Notes under the pieces: model-generated
What the model saw: the letters and a program-made list of their open reading frames with translations, nothing else
Databases searched by the model: none
Told to the model about the DNA's origin: nothing
Assembly: GCA_963801605.1 (NCBI GenBank)
Contig: CAWDFP010000006.1
Coordinates: forward strand, 992,001 to 1,056,000
Direction: 5' to 3'
Length of the DNA: 64,000 nucleotides
Source of the DNA: an uncultured candidate division Zixibacteria bacterium
Lineage (GTDB): Bacteria; Zixibacteria; MSB-5A5; UBA10806
Program-made: the position numbers and the translations under genes
Part shown: in pieces, positions 62,617 through 64,000 of the stretch
Position numbering within the stretch: position 1 is the stretch's first letter
How the letters are laid out: every line of letters begins with the position of its first letter

Positions 62617-62652
62617 AAATAAGAAAGCGGTCAGGTTCGGGGACCTGACCGC
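62617..62652 (-). terminator. probable gyrA terminator (REP-like stem)
   Basis: Minus strand GCGGTCAGGT-N6-ACCTGACCGC followed by TTTCTTATTT. Confidence 0.65.
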
Positions 62653-62716
62653 ACAGATTGATATGAGCATTGCGAGTCCGGCATGTGTCCTCACATGCCC
62701 GACCTCTTGCAAATAT

Positions 62717-64000
62717 TTATTCCCCTACCTTTTCCCCGGCCGGAACGCGGGCTACGTCGATGACCTTGTCGTCGTCGGTCATGCTCATCAGATGCACACC
62801 CTGCGTGGCGCGGCCAATCGAGCGGATCGAATTAACCGCCAGACGGTTGACGATTCCCTTCTGCGTAATCAGCAGAATCTCATCGCCATCGACAACTTCC
62901 TTAATCGAAATCACCTCGCCGTTGCGCTCGGAGACACGGATATTAATCACGCCCTTGCCGCCGCGGTTGGTGATCCGGTAATCGGATATATCGGAACGCT
63001 TACCGTAGCCGTTCTCGGTCACGGTCAGCAGAGTCGATTCGCGTCGAATAACCACCATGCCAACCACTAGGTCGCCCTCGGCTAAGGTAATACCCCTGAC
63101 ACCATAAGCGGCGCGGCCCATGTCGCGTACCTTGCTCTCGGGGAAACGGACCGCCTGCCCCTGACGAGTAGCCATGACGATATCGCTGCTGCCATCGCAC
63201 AACGCGGCTTCGATCAAATCATCGTCGTTGGGCAACGTCATGGCGATAATGCCGTCACGGCGCGGATTGGAAAACATCTTGATCTCCGTCTTTTTGATCT
63301 GGCCTTGCTTGGTGCAGAGGATAATAAACTCGTTGGTATCGAAACTGCGCACCGGCACAAAGGCCGCGATTGAATCGTTCTTTTCGATTCCAATCATGTT
63401 GATAATCGCTTTGCCCTTGGCCAGTCGTCCGCCCTGGGGGATCTCATGCACTTTGAGCCAGTGGCATCGTCCCTGGCGCGTGAAGAAGAGGATATAGTTG
63501 TGGGTCGAGGCTACGAACATATGTTCGCAGAAATCCTCGTCCTTGGTTTCCATGCCGATAACGCCCTTGGTGCCGCGGTTTTGCTTTCGATACGATGTGA
63601 TCGCCAGGCGCTTGATATAACCGGTATGGGAGATCGTCACGATCATATCCTCTTCGGCGATCAGGTCCTCGATATTGAAATCCTCGTTAATCTCTTCCTC
63701 GATTATTTGGGTGCGACGGACATCACCGAATCTATCTTTGAGTTCGATGAGCTCATCTTTGATAATCCTCATGCGCTTCGCCTTAGAGGCCAATATGCTG
63801 TTTAGCTCTTCTATCAGCTTGATCGTTGCTTCATACTCCTCGATAATCTTGGTGCGCTCCAGGCCTGTAAGACGTTGAAGACGAAGATCGAGGATTGCCT
63901 GCGCCTGAATCTCAGAGAGCTTGAAATTTTTAATCAAACCGGCTTTAGCTTCAGCCGGGTCTTTGGACGAGCGAATCAGCTTGATAACCGCATCGAGATT
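62717..64000 (-). CDS. gyrA: DNA gyrase subunit A (3' part; runs off window)
   Basis: QAQAILDLRLQRLTGLE, GyrA-box QNRGTKG, pinwheel repeats GRAAYGVRGI and NRGGKGV. Confidence 0.95.
   Translation of the reverse strand, partial: NLDAVIKLIRSSKDPAEAKAGLIKNFKLSEIQAQAILDLRLQRLTGLERTKIIEEYEATIKLIEELNSILASKAKRMRIIKDELIELKDRFGDVRRTQIIEEEINEDFNIEDLIAEEDMIVTISHTGYIKRLAITSYRKQNRGTKGVIGMETKDEDFCEHMFVASTHNYILFFTRQGRCHWLKVHEIPQGGRLAKGKAIINMIGIEKNDSIAAFVPVRSFDTNEFIILCTKQGQIKKTEIKMFSNPRRDGIIAMTLPNDDDLIEAALCDGSSDIVMATRQGQAVRFPESKVRDMGRAAYGVRGITLAEGDLVVGMVVIRRESTLLTVTENGYGKRSDISDYRITNRGGKGVINIRVSERNGEVISIKEVVDGDEILLITQKGIVNRLAVNSIRSIGRATQGVHLMSMTDDDKVIDVARVPAGEKVGE

Overview
Bacterial chromosomal window with no rRNA, tRNA, CRISPR array or transposase recognised, dominated by type IV pilus (T4P) biology. 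Locus 1 (about 1.1-21.2 kb, + strand) encodes a major pilin behind adjacent sigma70-like and sigma54-like promoters, PilT, two minor pilins, three tandem ~470-aa PilX-type pilins resembling ComZ/DUF4900, PilMNOPQ, two invasin-like multi-Ig lipoproteins, PilB and PilC. A housekeeping block follows: TamB, TamA/BamA-family, peptidase C26, IscS, MnmA, metallo-hydrolase, zinc peptidase, LpxL-type acyltransferase and ComEC. Locus 2 (about 35-45.9 kb) is a Myxococcus-like polarity module running into a second pilB-pilT-pilC-pilS cluster; it has a DUF4388 protein, four roadblock proteins including MglB, and a 402-aa MglA with a long tail ending in an amphipathic motif. Next come a lexA / small protein / Y-family polymerase SOS cassette with a candidate LexA box, an aminotransferase, dapF, argS, an AroA homologue lacking several catalytic residues, yraN (possible ATT start), a SurA/PpiD-like isomerase, tandem secreted beta-propeller proteins and the 3' part of gyrA. 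More than a dozen single-base frameshifts, several of them apparent insertions in short homopolymers, look like long-read sequencing error rather than pseudogenisation. All family calls come from motif recognition by eye; no searches were run. An FCB-group-like host (e.g. Zixibacteria) is only a guess from gene content.
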